From: Clostridiaceae bacterium
GTDB lineage: Bacteria; Bacillota; Clostridia; Clostridiales; Clostridiaceae
DNA: 36,827 nucleotides
Direction of reading: 5' to 3'
Assembly: GCA_049657765.1 (NCBI GenBank)
Contig: JBASOA010000039.1
Span: 1-36,827, forward strand
Positions within the stretch are counted from its first letter, which is position 1; each line of letters begins with the position of its first letter. Shown one piece after another: positions 18,358 to 26,698 of the stretch. Made by a program: the position numbers and the translations under genes. The notes under the pieces are model-generated. The model saw only the letters and a program-made list of their open reading frames with translations, made no database searches and was not told the origin of the DNA.

Positions 18358-18882
18358 TTAGGTATACTTTCTTCTTACCCTCTCCTTACGGAATTTTTCA
18401 ATTAAATTAGTGAGGATTTCCTTTTTCACACGAAGTACGCCCTGTTCAACTACTTCAGCCTGGTTCTTCTTCTTTCCTTCAGCTTTATAACTCAAAAGGA
18501 CCTTTGGTGCTTTGGATTCCTCATCAGTAATTTGAAAGAAATTAATCTTCTTATAGGGGATTTCCTTATCATTGATGAAAATTCCTTCTTTGCTGTAAAA
18601 GGCAACGAGGTTCTTATAGAGATAAGAAAAAATGGTATAAGAAACGACAATGGCAAGCATTCCAAGGAAGGTTTCGATATTGTCTGGGACCTTATAAACA
18701 AAATAAAGCATTAAGGTAAATACGATAGAGACCATTCCGAGATAATAAAATTTCTTTGGCTTTTCAAGAAGTACGATTTCTGTGTTTCTTCCTCTGATTT
18801 TTTTGGCCATGACTGCTGCATTGATTCCGAGGCCCAAACTGAATATGACAAACAGGATGGCCATAAATGTTAAGTCTTGCAT
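18358..18882 (-). CDS. Membrane protein with two N-terminal TM helices and a bacterial PH-like (bPH_2/YdbT-like) C-terminal domain
   Basis: Hydrophobic N-terminus; K/E-rich C-terminal region; weak family assignment. Confidence 0.5.
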   Translation of the reverse strand: MQDLTFMAILFVIFSLGLGINAAVMAKKIRGRNTEIVLLEKPKKFYYLGMVSIVFTLMLYFVYKVPDNIETFLGMLAIVVSYTIFSYLYKNLVAFYSKEGIFINDKEIPYKKINFFQITDEESKAPKVLLSYKAEGKKKNQAEVVEQGVLRVKKEILTNLIEKFRKERVRRKYT

Positions 18883-19139
18883 TTTTAATCTCCTCTTTTA
18901 CGATCATTCTATTTCATATTCTACCTTATTTTCAGCGTAACGCCTATAAAAGAAATAGAATAATAAAAACTTATCTAGATAACTATTTAAGCCTGATCAA
19001 TAGGATGCATGAGTGGAATTTTAAATGTGACGAATGAATTATTGAAGTTTAATACTATTTTCAGGAATTTGGGCTGTGGATTGTGTAAAATGGTAGAGTA
19101 TAATAAAAAAAGAGTTTAATTGAAGCGGAGGGTTTATTT

Positions 19140-19979
19140 TTGGATATTTTATTCATATTCAAAGCCATAGTCATTGCAATCGTAGAAGGTGTTACTGAGT
19201 TTATTCCGGTTTCTTCAACGGGTCACATGATCCTTGCAGGAAATCTCATCGGATTTCCTGAAACAGAATTTACGAAGATGTTTAATGTTGTCATCCAGTT
19301 AGGCGCCATCATGGCCATAGTTGTCTTATACTGGGCGAAACTTTGGGGGCTTGTGAAGTCATTCTTTAAAAAAGAAAAGAAGGGCATAGGCTTTGTTGTA
19401 GCCCTCATTATAGGGATTATTCCCGCAGGGATCTTTGGCGTATTATTTGAAGATGCCATTGACAGCTATCTCTTCAAGCCGGTGCCTGTAATTATTGGCC
19501 TCTTTGTAGGTGCAATACTTCTTCTCTTTGTTGAAGACAAATATAGAAGAAAAGCGAAAGTTCACCAAGTCGAAGATATTACGATTCCTCAGGCGATTAA
19601 GGTAGGCCTTTTCCAGTGCCTGTCCCTTTGGCCAGGAATGTCCAGATCCTCCTCGACCATCATGGGTGGCTGGATTTCAGGTTTAGATTCAAAAGTCGCT
19701 TCGGAGTATTCATTTTTCCTTGCCATTCCGATCATGGCTGGTGCATCCCTTTTAAAAATCGTGAAGTTCCAGGGAGATGTTGGATTCGGAACACTTAGCA
19801 GTACGGAGACCCTTGCTTTTGCCTTAGGATTTATTGTGGCATTCCTTGTTGCACTCATCTGTGTCAAAGGTTTTGTGAGTTTCATCCAGAAGAAGCCAAT
19901 GAAGATTTTTGCCTATTATAGAATAGCTATCTCTGTTATATTTGCAATCCTTATCATAACCAAGACTATCACCTTGTAA
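19140..19979 (+). CDS. uppP: Undecaprenyl-diphosphate phosphatase (BacA/UppP), TTG start
   Basis: VTEFIPVSSTGHM and PGMSRSSSTI signature motifs. Confidence 0.9.
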   Translation: MDILFIFKAIVIAIVEGVTEFIPVSSTGHMILAGNLIGFPETEFTKMFNVVIQLGAIMAIVVLYWAKLWGLVKSFFKKEKKGIGFVVALIIGIIPAGIFGVLFEDAIDSYLFKPVPVIIGLFVGAILLLFVEDKYRRKAKVHQVEDITIPQAIKVGLFQCLSLWPGMSRSSSTIMGGWISGLDSKVASEYSFFLAIPIMAGASLLKIVKFQGDVGFGTLSSTETLAFALGFIVAFLVALICVKGFVSFIQKKPMKIFAYYRIAISVIFAILIITKTITL

Positions 19980-20045
19980 AATGTTTTCATTCTGAAAATT
20001 TTTATGTTAATATGAATATAGTAAGAATTTTGGGGTGGTTAATAA

Positions 20046-20804
20046 ATGAAAGAGGTAAGAAGATATTTAGAAGATCGTTTAGGAAGATATAGTTTCTATT
20101 TCGAAGATTTGAAATCTGGATTTATTTATGGCTATAATGAACATGTCAAGATGACTTCTGCAGGATGCATGAAACTTCCTGTAGTGATGGCAGTATTCAA
20201 GGATATTGAAGAGGGGAAGCTTAATCTTGATGACAAGGTCCTTTTAACCAGCGAAGACAGGGTAGCTGGTTCCGGAATATTGAAGGAACTTAATCCTAGG
20301 GAATATACAATAGATGAGCTGATTATTGTAACGCTTATCGTTAGTGATAATACGGCCACGCAAAAACTGGTAAACATCTTGGGATTCGATGAACTTGACT
20401 GCAAGTTCAAAGAAATGGGGCTTAACAACACGACCATGAATGATATGCCGGGCTCACCAATCAACCTGACCACGAGCTATGACCTTTCTTTATGCTGGAA
20501 GATTCTAAAGGATGAAAAATACCTGAGCAAGGAGCATTCGAGATATATCATCGGACTACTTAAAGGGGATAATTCCAGTAAGAAAACAGCGTTTTATCTT
20601 GATGAGAACCTGAAGGACAAGATTGCCAGCAAGGCTGGGGATCTGCCAGGAGTTGAAAATGACACGACGCTTATCGAAATTCAAAAAGGTGATTTTATCT
20701 TTACAATCATGAGCGCAGACTTGCCAAACAGTGTGTATGGCATGGTAAGCCTTGCCAAATCCGGTAAAATGATTTGGGATGGGATAACCTATAACTGGAA
20801 ATAG
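20046..20804 (+). CDS. Class A beta-lactamase-like serine hydrolase (PF13354-like). No signal peptide, so predicted cytoplasmic.
   Basis: SDN motif (IVSDNTA) and KAG (KTG-like) motif present. No canonical S-x-x-K is evident; the sequence reads MTSAGCMK. Confidence 0.6.
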   Translation: MKEVRRYLEDRLGRYSFYFEDLKSGFIYGYNEHVKMTSAGCMKLPVVMAVFKDIEEGKLNLDDKVLLTSEDRVAGSGILKELNPREYTIDELIIVTLIVSDNTATQKLVNILGFDELDCKFKEMGLNNTTMNDMPGSPINLTTSYDLSLCWKILKDEKYLSKEHSRYIIGLLKGDNSSKKTAFYLDENLKDKIASKAGDLPGVENDTTLIEIQKGDFIFTIMSADLPNSVYGMVSLAKSGKMIWDGITYNWK

Positions 20805-20836
20805 AATCTGTGTCATGAGAATATAATTGATTTTTT

Positions 20837-20869
20837 ATCCGGCTGCAAAAACAGTCGGATTTTTCTTTT
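20837..20869 (+). terminator. Terminator ATCCGGCTG-caaaaa-CAGTCGGAT followed by TTTTTCTTTT
   Basis: Read directly (one G:U pair). Confidence 0.6.
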
Positions 20870-20951
20870 AGATTAAAAAGATACATTTAGCATAAATTTG
20901 TTAAGGATATGCTATAATCTATATAGAATAATTTTGAGTTGAGAGGTTATT

Positions 20952-21629
20952 ATGAAGTTTAAGAGTCTTACAATCGTCATTTTTACATTGGTAACCATAG
21001 GATTCCTTTTTGGTTTCGTATCCTATAACAAAAAAATAAATGATGCCCTAAGTAAAGAAATTGTTCAGGCCGATATCAACGAGGATCCTCATGAAGTTGA
21101 TCTTACACCTGAAACCCCGATCATAGTTCCAGTCGAAACTTCTGTGGAAACCCCTATAGAGGCACCGGAAACTCCAGTTAATTCCGGAATGGTTGTTGTT
21201 CCTGCTTTATTTGGCCTGACTAAAGAAACGGCGAAATTAAAGCTTGAAGAACTTGGACTTGTTCCTGATCCAGAGGTGGAGACAACCACTGAAGTCGATG
21301 GAGGAATCGTGTTCTGGCAAACGCCTTATAAAGGAATTGAAATAAAAAAAGGGACTAAAGTAAGCTACAGTGTTGCTGCAGAGGATACCGTAGAAACTCC
21401 AGTAACGAACATAGGAACCGCAAAGATTCCCGATGTGATCGGATTGTCTGAAGCGGCAGCGATATCGAAGATTGAGGCTCTGGGATTTAAGGCAGATGCG
21501 AACTTTGAGCGAAAATATAATAATGATTATGGTAAAGGGTTTGTCTACAGCCAAAATTACCTGGTGGGTGCAGAAGTGGCAAAGGGAACCGTAATTGGTC
21601 TTAGAATCAGCCTCGGAAAGCAACCATAA
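20952..21629 (+). CDS. Membrane-anchored protein with two PASTA domains and no kinase or transpeptidase domain
   Basis: N-terminal TM helix, ETP-rich linker, and two repeats of the PASTA pattern (VP..VG....A...L...G…V.....G.V..Q.P..G..V..G..V). Confidence 0.7.
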   Translation: MKFKSLTIVIFTLVTIGFLFGFVSYNKKINDALSKEIVQADINEDPHEVDLTPETPIIVPVETSVETPIEAPETPVNSGMVVVPALFGLTKETAKLKLEELGLVPDPEVETTTEVDGGIVFWQTPYKGIEIKKGTKVSYSVAAEDTVETPVTNIGTAKIPDVIGLSEAAAISKIEALGFKADANFERKYNNDYGKGFVYSQNYLVGAEVAKGTVIGLRISLGKQP

Positions 21630-21652
21630 AATAAGTTATAATTGAATAGATA

Positions 21653-21768
21653 AAGATATCACGATTTAGGAGTAGCGTAGTCTACTCCTAAATCGTTCAT
21701 TGTAGACTTTTTTCACAAGTAATTGTTTACATTATGATGACAAACCAGTATAATAATCGTGATATCTT
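21653..21768. repeat. 116-bp element bounded by a perfect 13-bp inverted repeat (AAGATATCACGAT ... ATCGTGATATCTT). It contains a 15-bp perfect hairpin and an outward promoter. MITE-like or a regulatory module.
   Basis: Inverted repeat and hairpin (ACGATTTAGGAGTAG / CTACTCCTAAATCGT) read directly. Confidence 0.5.
21726..21754 (+). promoter_or_regulatory. Promoter TTTACA-17-TATAAT for the GNAT gene
   Basis: Read directly. Confidence 0.6.
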
Positions 21769-21822
21769 AGGAAACAGTAGGAATAAATTAAATATAACAT
21801 CGTATGGGTGAGGGTATTACAA

Positions 21823-22350
21823 ATGGCTATAATTGAGCTTAATTCTGATTTTATCATTCGAAGGCCATCAGAAGAAGATTACGAAATTTTGAAGGATTTC
21901 ATTGAAAACACAAAAGAATTTACGAAAAATAATTTTGGTGAGCATGAATGGGAGGAAACCATCGAGAATATGAATACCTATGAAGAGCTGATCAATCAGT
22001 TCGGAAAGGGGAACATTCTATTAGGATTTTTAGAGGATGAACTTTGTGGGGTAGTAGTGCTCTTGCAAAGAAAAGCGGAAAAATTCAAGCACGTGGGAAA
22101 CCTGACGTTATGTCTCAAAAACAGCAATCTTATGGGAACATTAGGGAAAGAACTGATCAGTAGAATGATTCTTGGATGCAAATCCAAAGGAATCATCCGT
22201 AAAGTCAATCTAAGAGTCAGAGAAGACCTGGAAAGCATTAAGGAAGTCTTTAAGGCTTTGGGCTTTTATGAAGAAGGAACCCTTGCCAGAGACATCTGTC
22301 TTAATGGGATGTTCTATTCGACGATCCTTTATGGAAGAAGCATAGACTAA
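21823..22350 (+). CDS. GNAT-family N-acetyltransferase
   Basis: Acetyl-CoA-binding region LLQRKAEKFKHVGNLTL...GKELISRMIL; RBS GAGGG 8 nt upstream of the ATG at 21823. Confidence 0.7.
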   Translation: MAIIELNSDFIIRRPSEEDYEILKDFIENTKEFTKNNFGEHEWEETIENMNTYEELINQFGKGNILLGFLEDELCGVVVLLQRKAEKFKHVGNLTLCLKNSNLMGTLGKELISRMILGCKSKGIIRKVNLRVREDLESIKEVFKALGFYEEGTLARDICLNGMFYSTILYGRSID

Positions 22351-22382
22351 TCCATAAAAATCAAATGAAAGCAAATCCATTT

Positions 22383-22416
22383 CCTTAGGGAGATGGATTT
22401 TTTTAATGCCTTGGAT
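22383..22416 (+). terminator. Terminator AAATCCAT...ATGGATTTTTTT
   Basis: 8-bp stem plus T7. Confidence 0.65.
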
Positions 22417-22552
22417 TTGAAATTCCTTAAGTGATTGTTTTGTATTCGAAATTCTGTTGAAGTCGGGAATGGAGATAGACTATAATAAGAATGAAAATGT
22501 TTACAAATCTCTTTTGACATTTTCAAGTTGATTTCTAAGGGGGTAATCAGTA

Positions 22553-22930
22553 ATGAAAAGTGTTGTCGCGACGAAAAAGGCGCCAGCAGCAATTGGCCCG
22601 TATTCACAAGGGATTATCACAGGAAACCTGATCTTCACTGCAGGTCAAATTCCGATTGATCCTGAAACAGGAGAACTTGTAGAACATAGGATTGAGATTC
22701 AAACCAGAAGAGCTCTTCTTAATCTCAAAGCTATCCTTGAGGAAGCGGGTTCAGGGATGGAGAAAATCGTAAAGACCACTGTATTTCTTAGTGACATGGC
22801 TAATTTTGCTAAAATGAACGAGATTTACAAAGAGTTTTTTTCAGGCGATTTTCCAGCAAGGTCTGCTGTTCAGGTGGCAAGACTTCCGAAAGATGCTATG
22901 GTTGAAATTGAAGCTATAGCCATGCTTTAG
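22553..22930 (+). CDS. ridA: RidA/YjgF-family reactive-intermediate (enamine/imine) deaminase
   Basis: KAPAAIGPYSQGI...GQIPIDPETGELV and a conserved C-terminal arginine-containing region; 125 aa. Confidence 0.85.
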   Translation: MKSVVATKKAPAAIGPYSQGIITGNLIFTAGQIPIDPETGELVEHRIEIQTRRALLNLKAILEEAGSGMEKIVKTTVFLSDMANFAKMNEIYKEFFSGDFPARSAVQVARLPKDAMVEIEAIAML

Positions 22931-23010
22931 GAAAACCTGGAAATTATACATTTGAAATGAAGAACGGGAGCATGGGTTAACACTAAAATTAATTCAGGGG
23001 GGAATATAAA

Positions 23011-24390
23011 TTGAGCGTAAAATACTATGCTGAACCGTTTAAAATCAAGATGGTCGAGCCCATCAAGATCCTTACCAAAGAGGAAAGAATAGAGAAAATC
23101 AAGGAAGCGAACTATAACCTATTTGCACTTCAGGCTGAGGATGTCTATATCGATCTATTGACCGATAGTGGAACCGGAGCCATGAGCAGCGAGCAGTGGG
23201 CCGGCATGATGCGAGGCGATGAATCTTATTCCGGCTCTAAGAGCTATTTTAGGCTTCTGGAGTCCGCAAGAGATATCTTTGGTTATACTTATGTCCAGCC
23301 GGTTCATCAGGGAAGAGCAGCTGAAAAGGTTGTGCTCCCGATTGTCCTTTCCAAAGGAAAGTTTTCCATATCGAATATGCATTTTGATACGACAAGAGCT
23401 CATGTGGAAATTGCTGGCGGCAGAGCCATCGATTGTGTCGTAAAGGAAGCGCTGGATACAGAATCCTATGCTCCATTTAAAGGAAATATGGATAACAAAC
23501 GTTTGGTTGAACTCATTGAAGAATTTGGCAAAGAGAATATCGGATGCCTGATTATTACTGTGACGAATAACAGTGCTGGTGGACAACCGGTGTCACTGGA
23601 AAACATGAGAGAAACCAGTGCCATCGCGAAAAGATATGGAATTAAAGTGATCATCGATTCTGCTAGGTTCGCAGAAAACTGCCACTTTATCAAAAAGAGA
23701 GAAAAGGGATACGAAGATAAAAGCATCAGAGAGATTGCACGGGAACTCTTCAGTTATGGAGACATTGTCACCATGAGTTCAAAGAAGGATGCCATCGTCA
23801 ATATCGGAGGCCTTGTTTGCGTCAAGGACGATGCTGAGTTTTTCGAGAAGGTCAAGGAAAATACCATTCCTTCCGAAGGATTTATCTCCTATGGCGGACT
23901 TGCAGGCAGAGACCTTGAAGCCATTGCTATTGGTCTTCAGGAAGGCATAGAAGAAGAGTTTTTAAAGTATCGGATCGGTCAGATGGAATACCTTGCAGGA
24001 AAACTCGATGAAGCGAACATCATGTATCAGCGCCCTGTAGGTGGCCATGCCGTATTCCTGGATGCTAAGAAGTTTTTCCCGCACATTCCTTATGATAAAT
24101 TTCCTGCTCAGGCGCTGGCCATCGAACTCTATATCGAGGCGGGTATAAGGAGCTGCGATATTGGGTCCTATATGATGGGGAATAACCCGGATACAGGAGA
24201 GCAGCTGGAATCTGAATTTGAATTCACAAGGCTTGCAGTTCCAAGAAGGGTATATACACAGTCTCACCTTGATGTCATCGCTGAAGCCTTAGTTGAAATT
24301 GAAAAAAGAAAAGAAGAGATTGAGGGCTATTACATCACTTGGGAACCAAAAATATTAAGGCATTTCACAGCGAAGCTAAAGCCACTATAG
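23011..24390 (+). CDS. PLP-dependent beta-eliminating lyase: tryptophanase / tyrosine phenol-lyase family (TTG start)
   Basis: Near full-length colinear similarity to TnaA/TPL ([23 protein letters not shown]-lysine region [32 protein letters not shown]). Confidence 0.85.
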   Translation: MSVKYYAEPFKIKMVEPIKILTKEERIEKIKEANYNLFALQAEDVYIDLLTDSGTGAMSSEQWAGMMRGDESYSGSKSYFRLLESARDIFGYTYVQPVHQGRAAEKVVLPIVLSKGKFSISNMHFDTTRAHVEIAGGRAIDCVVKEALDTESYAPFKGNMDNKRLVELIEEFGKENIGCLIITVTNNSAGGQPVSLENMRETSAIAKRYGIKVIIDSARFAENCHFIKKREKGYEDKSIREIARELFSYGDIVTMSSKKDAIVNIGGLVCVKDDAEFFEKVKENTIPSEGFISYGGLAGRDLEAIAIGLQEGIEEEFLKYRIGQMEYLAGKLDEANIMYQRPVGGHAVFLDAKKFFPHIPYDKFPAQALAIELYIEAGIRSCDIGSYMMGNNPDTGEQLESEFEFTRLAVPRRVYTQSHLDVIAEALVEIEKRKEEIEGYYITWEPKILRHFTAKLKPL

Positions 24391-24452
24391 AAGGCTTGGA
24401 GCATGGAATGATCAAAGCATACAATTAAAATCTAGAATAATAAGATGAATGA

Positions 24453-24488
24453 AAAAGAGCATTGAAGAATAAATCTTCAGTGCTCTTT
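24453..24488. terminator. Terminator hairpin with its strong U-tract on the minus strand. It terminates the MocA gene and possibly the tnaA transcript.
   Basis: AAAAGAGCATTGAAG / CTTCAGTGCTCTTT. Confidence 0.6.
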
Positions 24489-24526
24489 CTCATAAAGGAG
24501 TTCTATCTAAGCTTAGGGTGTGCGAA

Positions 24527-25447
24527 TTAATTACTCTGAATGATGGAATCAATGACTCTTTGCGTTGCTAAAGCCTCCATACCGGAGGACTCTGGTTCCT
24601 TATCAAGGATGATGGCACTGACGAAGTGCTTGATCGCATCTTCAAAGCCTTTTGTTTTCTCAACAGTTGCCCACTGTGATGGGGAAACTGTCCTGGTTTC
24701 ATTTTCGGATTCGATGACCAACGTCGCAAGGTCAATTACAGTAATCGTCTTGCCTTCATTGATCACTTCAATCATTTCCTTGGTCTTTCCCGAATCCCGA
24801 TGAAGCAGGGTTTCAATCTTGCAACCTTCCGGACTTCTGAAATAATGATGGGCATAGATCAGATGGTTCTCTCCGTTCACGGCCATGTCGCCGTCAATCA
24901 TGATGAGTTTACCATCAAAGAACCAGCGTGCGGTGTCGACCAAATGGATGTAATCATCATTGATCGTGAATTCAGCAGTTTCAGGTCCGATCCTGTCCGC
25001 CCTGTTCTTCACGATTCTGATGAGCGAGGTCGAAGTGATGTTGTTTTTAAGCATCTTGTATAAAGGGGCAAACCTTCGATTGAAGGTGACCATAAGCTTT
25101 GCTTTATTATTGACGGAACTGAAGACGAGTTTTTCACATTCTTCAGTGGATGAGGCCAAAGGCTTGTCGATAAGCACATGGATTCCCTTGTCCAGGAAAA
25201 ACTTTGCCAGTTCAAAATGACTTTCTGTAGATGAGTTAATGACTACGGCATCGATATTTTCACTAAGCTCTTCTAGCGTGTCGTATGCCTTTACCCGGTA
25301 TTCTTCGCTAAAGGCCTTTCTTGTTTCAGGTGTCCTTGCATAGCAGCCGCTGAGCACCCAGTCTATTTCTCGAGCGAGGACAGGCATGTAGGCTTTTCTG
25401 CAAATTGATCCAAGTCCTACCAATCCTAATCTGATTTTTTCGTCCAT
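24527..25447 (-). CDS. Gfo/Idh/MocA-family NAD(P)-dependent oxidoreductase
   Basis: N-terminal Rossmann fold LGLVGLGSICRKAYMPVL, 306 aa. Confidence 0.8.
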   Translation of the reverse strand: MDEKIRLGLVGLGSICRKAYMPVLAREIDWVLSGCYARTPETRKAFSEEYRVKAYDTLEELSENIDAVVINSSTESHFELAKFFLDKGIHVLIDKPLASSTEECEKLVFSSVNNKAKLMVTFNRRFAPLYKMLKNNITSTSLIRIVKNRADRIGPETAEFTINDDYIHLVDTARWFFDGKLIMIDGDMAVNGENHLIYAHHYFRSPEGCKIETLLHRDSGKTKEMIEVINEGKTITVIDLATLVIESENETRTVSPSQWATVEKTKGFEDAIKHFVSAIILDKEPESSGMEALATQRVIDSIIQSN

Positions 25448-25931
25448 GTAATTTGCCTCCTTTCAATAAGCCATATTCATGACTACAGTCATATTAGACT
25501 ATTGAAGTTCTAAATTTGAGATTTTAATTGTACAGATATTTTGGTATCTGTAGTGATCATTTTACTTGATAAAAATATGATATTAGTATATATGCATTAA
25601 TTATAACGATAGAAAAGTCAATTTACAATACGAAATTTAGCTAATTTTCAGATTCCTTCAACTTTTCACAGGAGTCTAGATAGAACCCGGATACGTAGGT
25701 GACGTTCATCTAATGACATTAAAAGGATAGCAGAAAAAAACGCTCATACAGGCAATATCCACGGATTTACCGCTCTATTCTCTTTTCCAGTAAGGCAATA
25801 ATTTACACGAATTTTGAAAATTAAGAGATCGCTTGATGGATCCAAAAGGCAAGTGAAGAAATACTTTTCTAAATCACGAGAAAATTAATATCAATTTAAG
25901 TTTTCCCCCGTATAGTAAATTTTATAGCTGA

Positions 25932-25950
25932 TTGACCGATGGTCAGTCAA
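25932..25950. promoter_or_regulatory. Inverted repeat TTGACCGATGGTCAGTCAA. Candidate TetR-family operator in front of the ABC operon.
   Basis: TTGAC/GTCAA and TGACC/GGTCA arms; 47 bp upstream of the ATPase start; a TetR gene closes the operon. Confidence 0.45.
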
Positions 25951-25996
25951 GAAACAAATGAACCTTAAGTAAAATAAAGTGAAGCAGGAGATAGAG

Positions 25997-26698
25997 ATGT
26001 CATTTATAGAATTAAACAATGTGCAGAAGCGATATCAAATGGGAGAAGTCACCATCACGGCAGTGGATGGTGTTGATTTTAAAATAGAAAAGGGAGACTT
26101 TGCAGTGGTCGTTGGTGCCTCAGGTGCCGGTAAGACTACTGTTCTTAACCTGCTTGGTGGAATGGATTCCTCAGATGGTGGAAGCATCACTGTTGACGGA
26201 AGAGATATCAGCGAATACACAGAGAAGATGCTCACCGAGTACAGAAGATTCGACATCGGATTTGTGTTCCAGTTCTATAACCTCGTGCAAAATCTTACCG
26301 CAGTGGAGAATGTGGAGCTGGCTTCACAAATCTCAAAGGATCCGATGGATCCTTATACTGTGCTAGAACTTGTAGGACTAAAGGATAGGGCTGATAATTT
26401 TCCTTCGCAGCTTTCCGGTGGAGAACAGCAAAGAGTAGCCATCGCAAGAGCCATTGCGAAGAATCCAAAGCTGCTTCTCTGTGATGAGCCTACAGGAGCG
26501 CTTGATTATCAAACCGGCAAATCCATCCTGAAGTTACTGCAGGACATGTCCATTGAACGGGGAATCACGGTTGTGGTCATTACGCATAATGCAGCGATTA
26601 TGGAGATGGCTGATAAAGTTATCAAGATGAAGAATGGCAAGGTGAAAGAATTTATCATCAATGAAAATCCTCTTCCAGTGGAAAGGATTGAGTGGTAA
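25997..26698 (+). CDS. ABC transporter ATP-binding protein (MacB/LolD/FtsE-type)
   Basis: Walker [10 protein letters not shown], signature LSGGEQQRV, Walker [13 protein letters not shown]; RBS GGAG. Confidence 0.9.
   Translation: MSFIELNNVQKRYQMGEVTITAVDGVDFKIEKGDFAVVVGASGAGKTTVLNLLGGMDSSDGGSITVDGRDISEYTEKMLTEYRRFDIGFVFQFYNLVQNLTAVENVELASQISKDPMDPYTVLELVGLKDRADNFPSQLSGGEQQRVAIARAIAKNPKLLLCDEPTGALDYQTGKSILKLLQDMSIERGITVVVITHNAAIMEMADKVIKMKNGKVKEFIINENPLPVERIEW

Noticed and set aside
23155-24267. Multiple ORFs on both strands inside the tryptophanase-family gene
   Set aside because: Shadow ORFs of a CDS with end-to-end family similarity.
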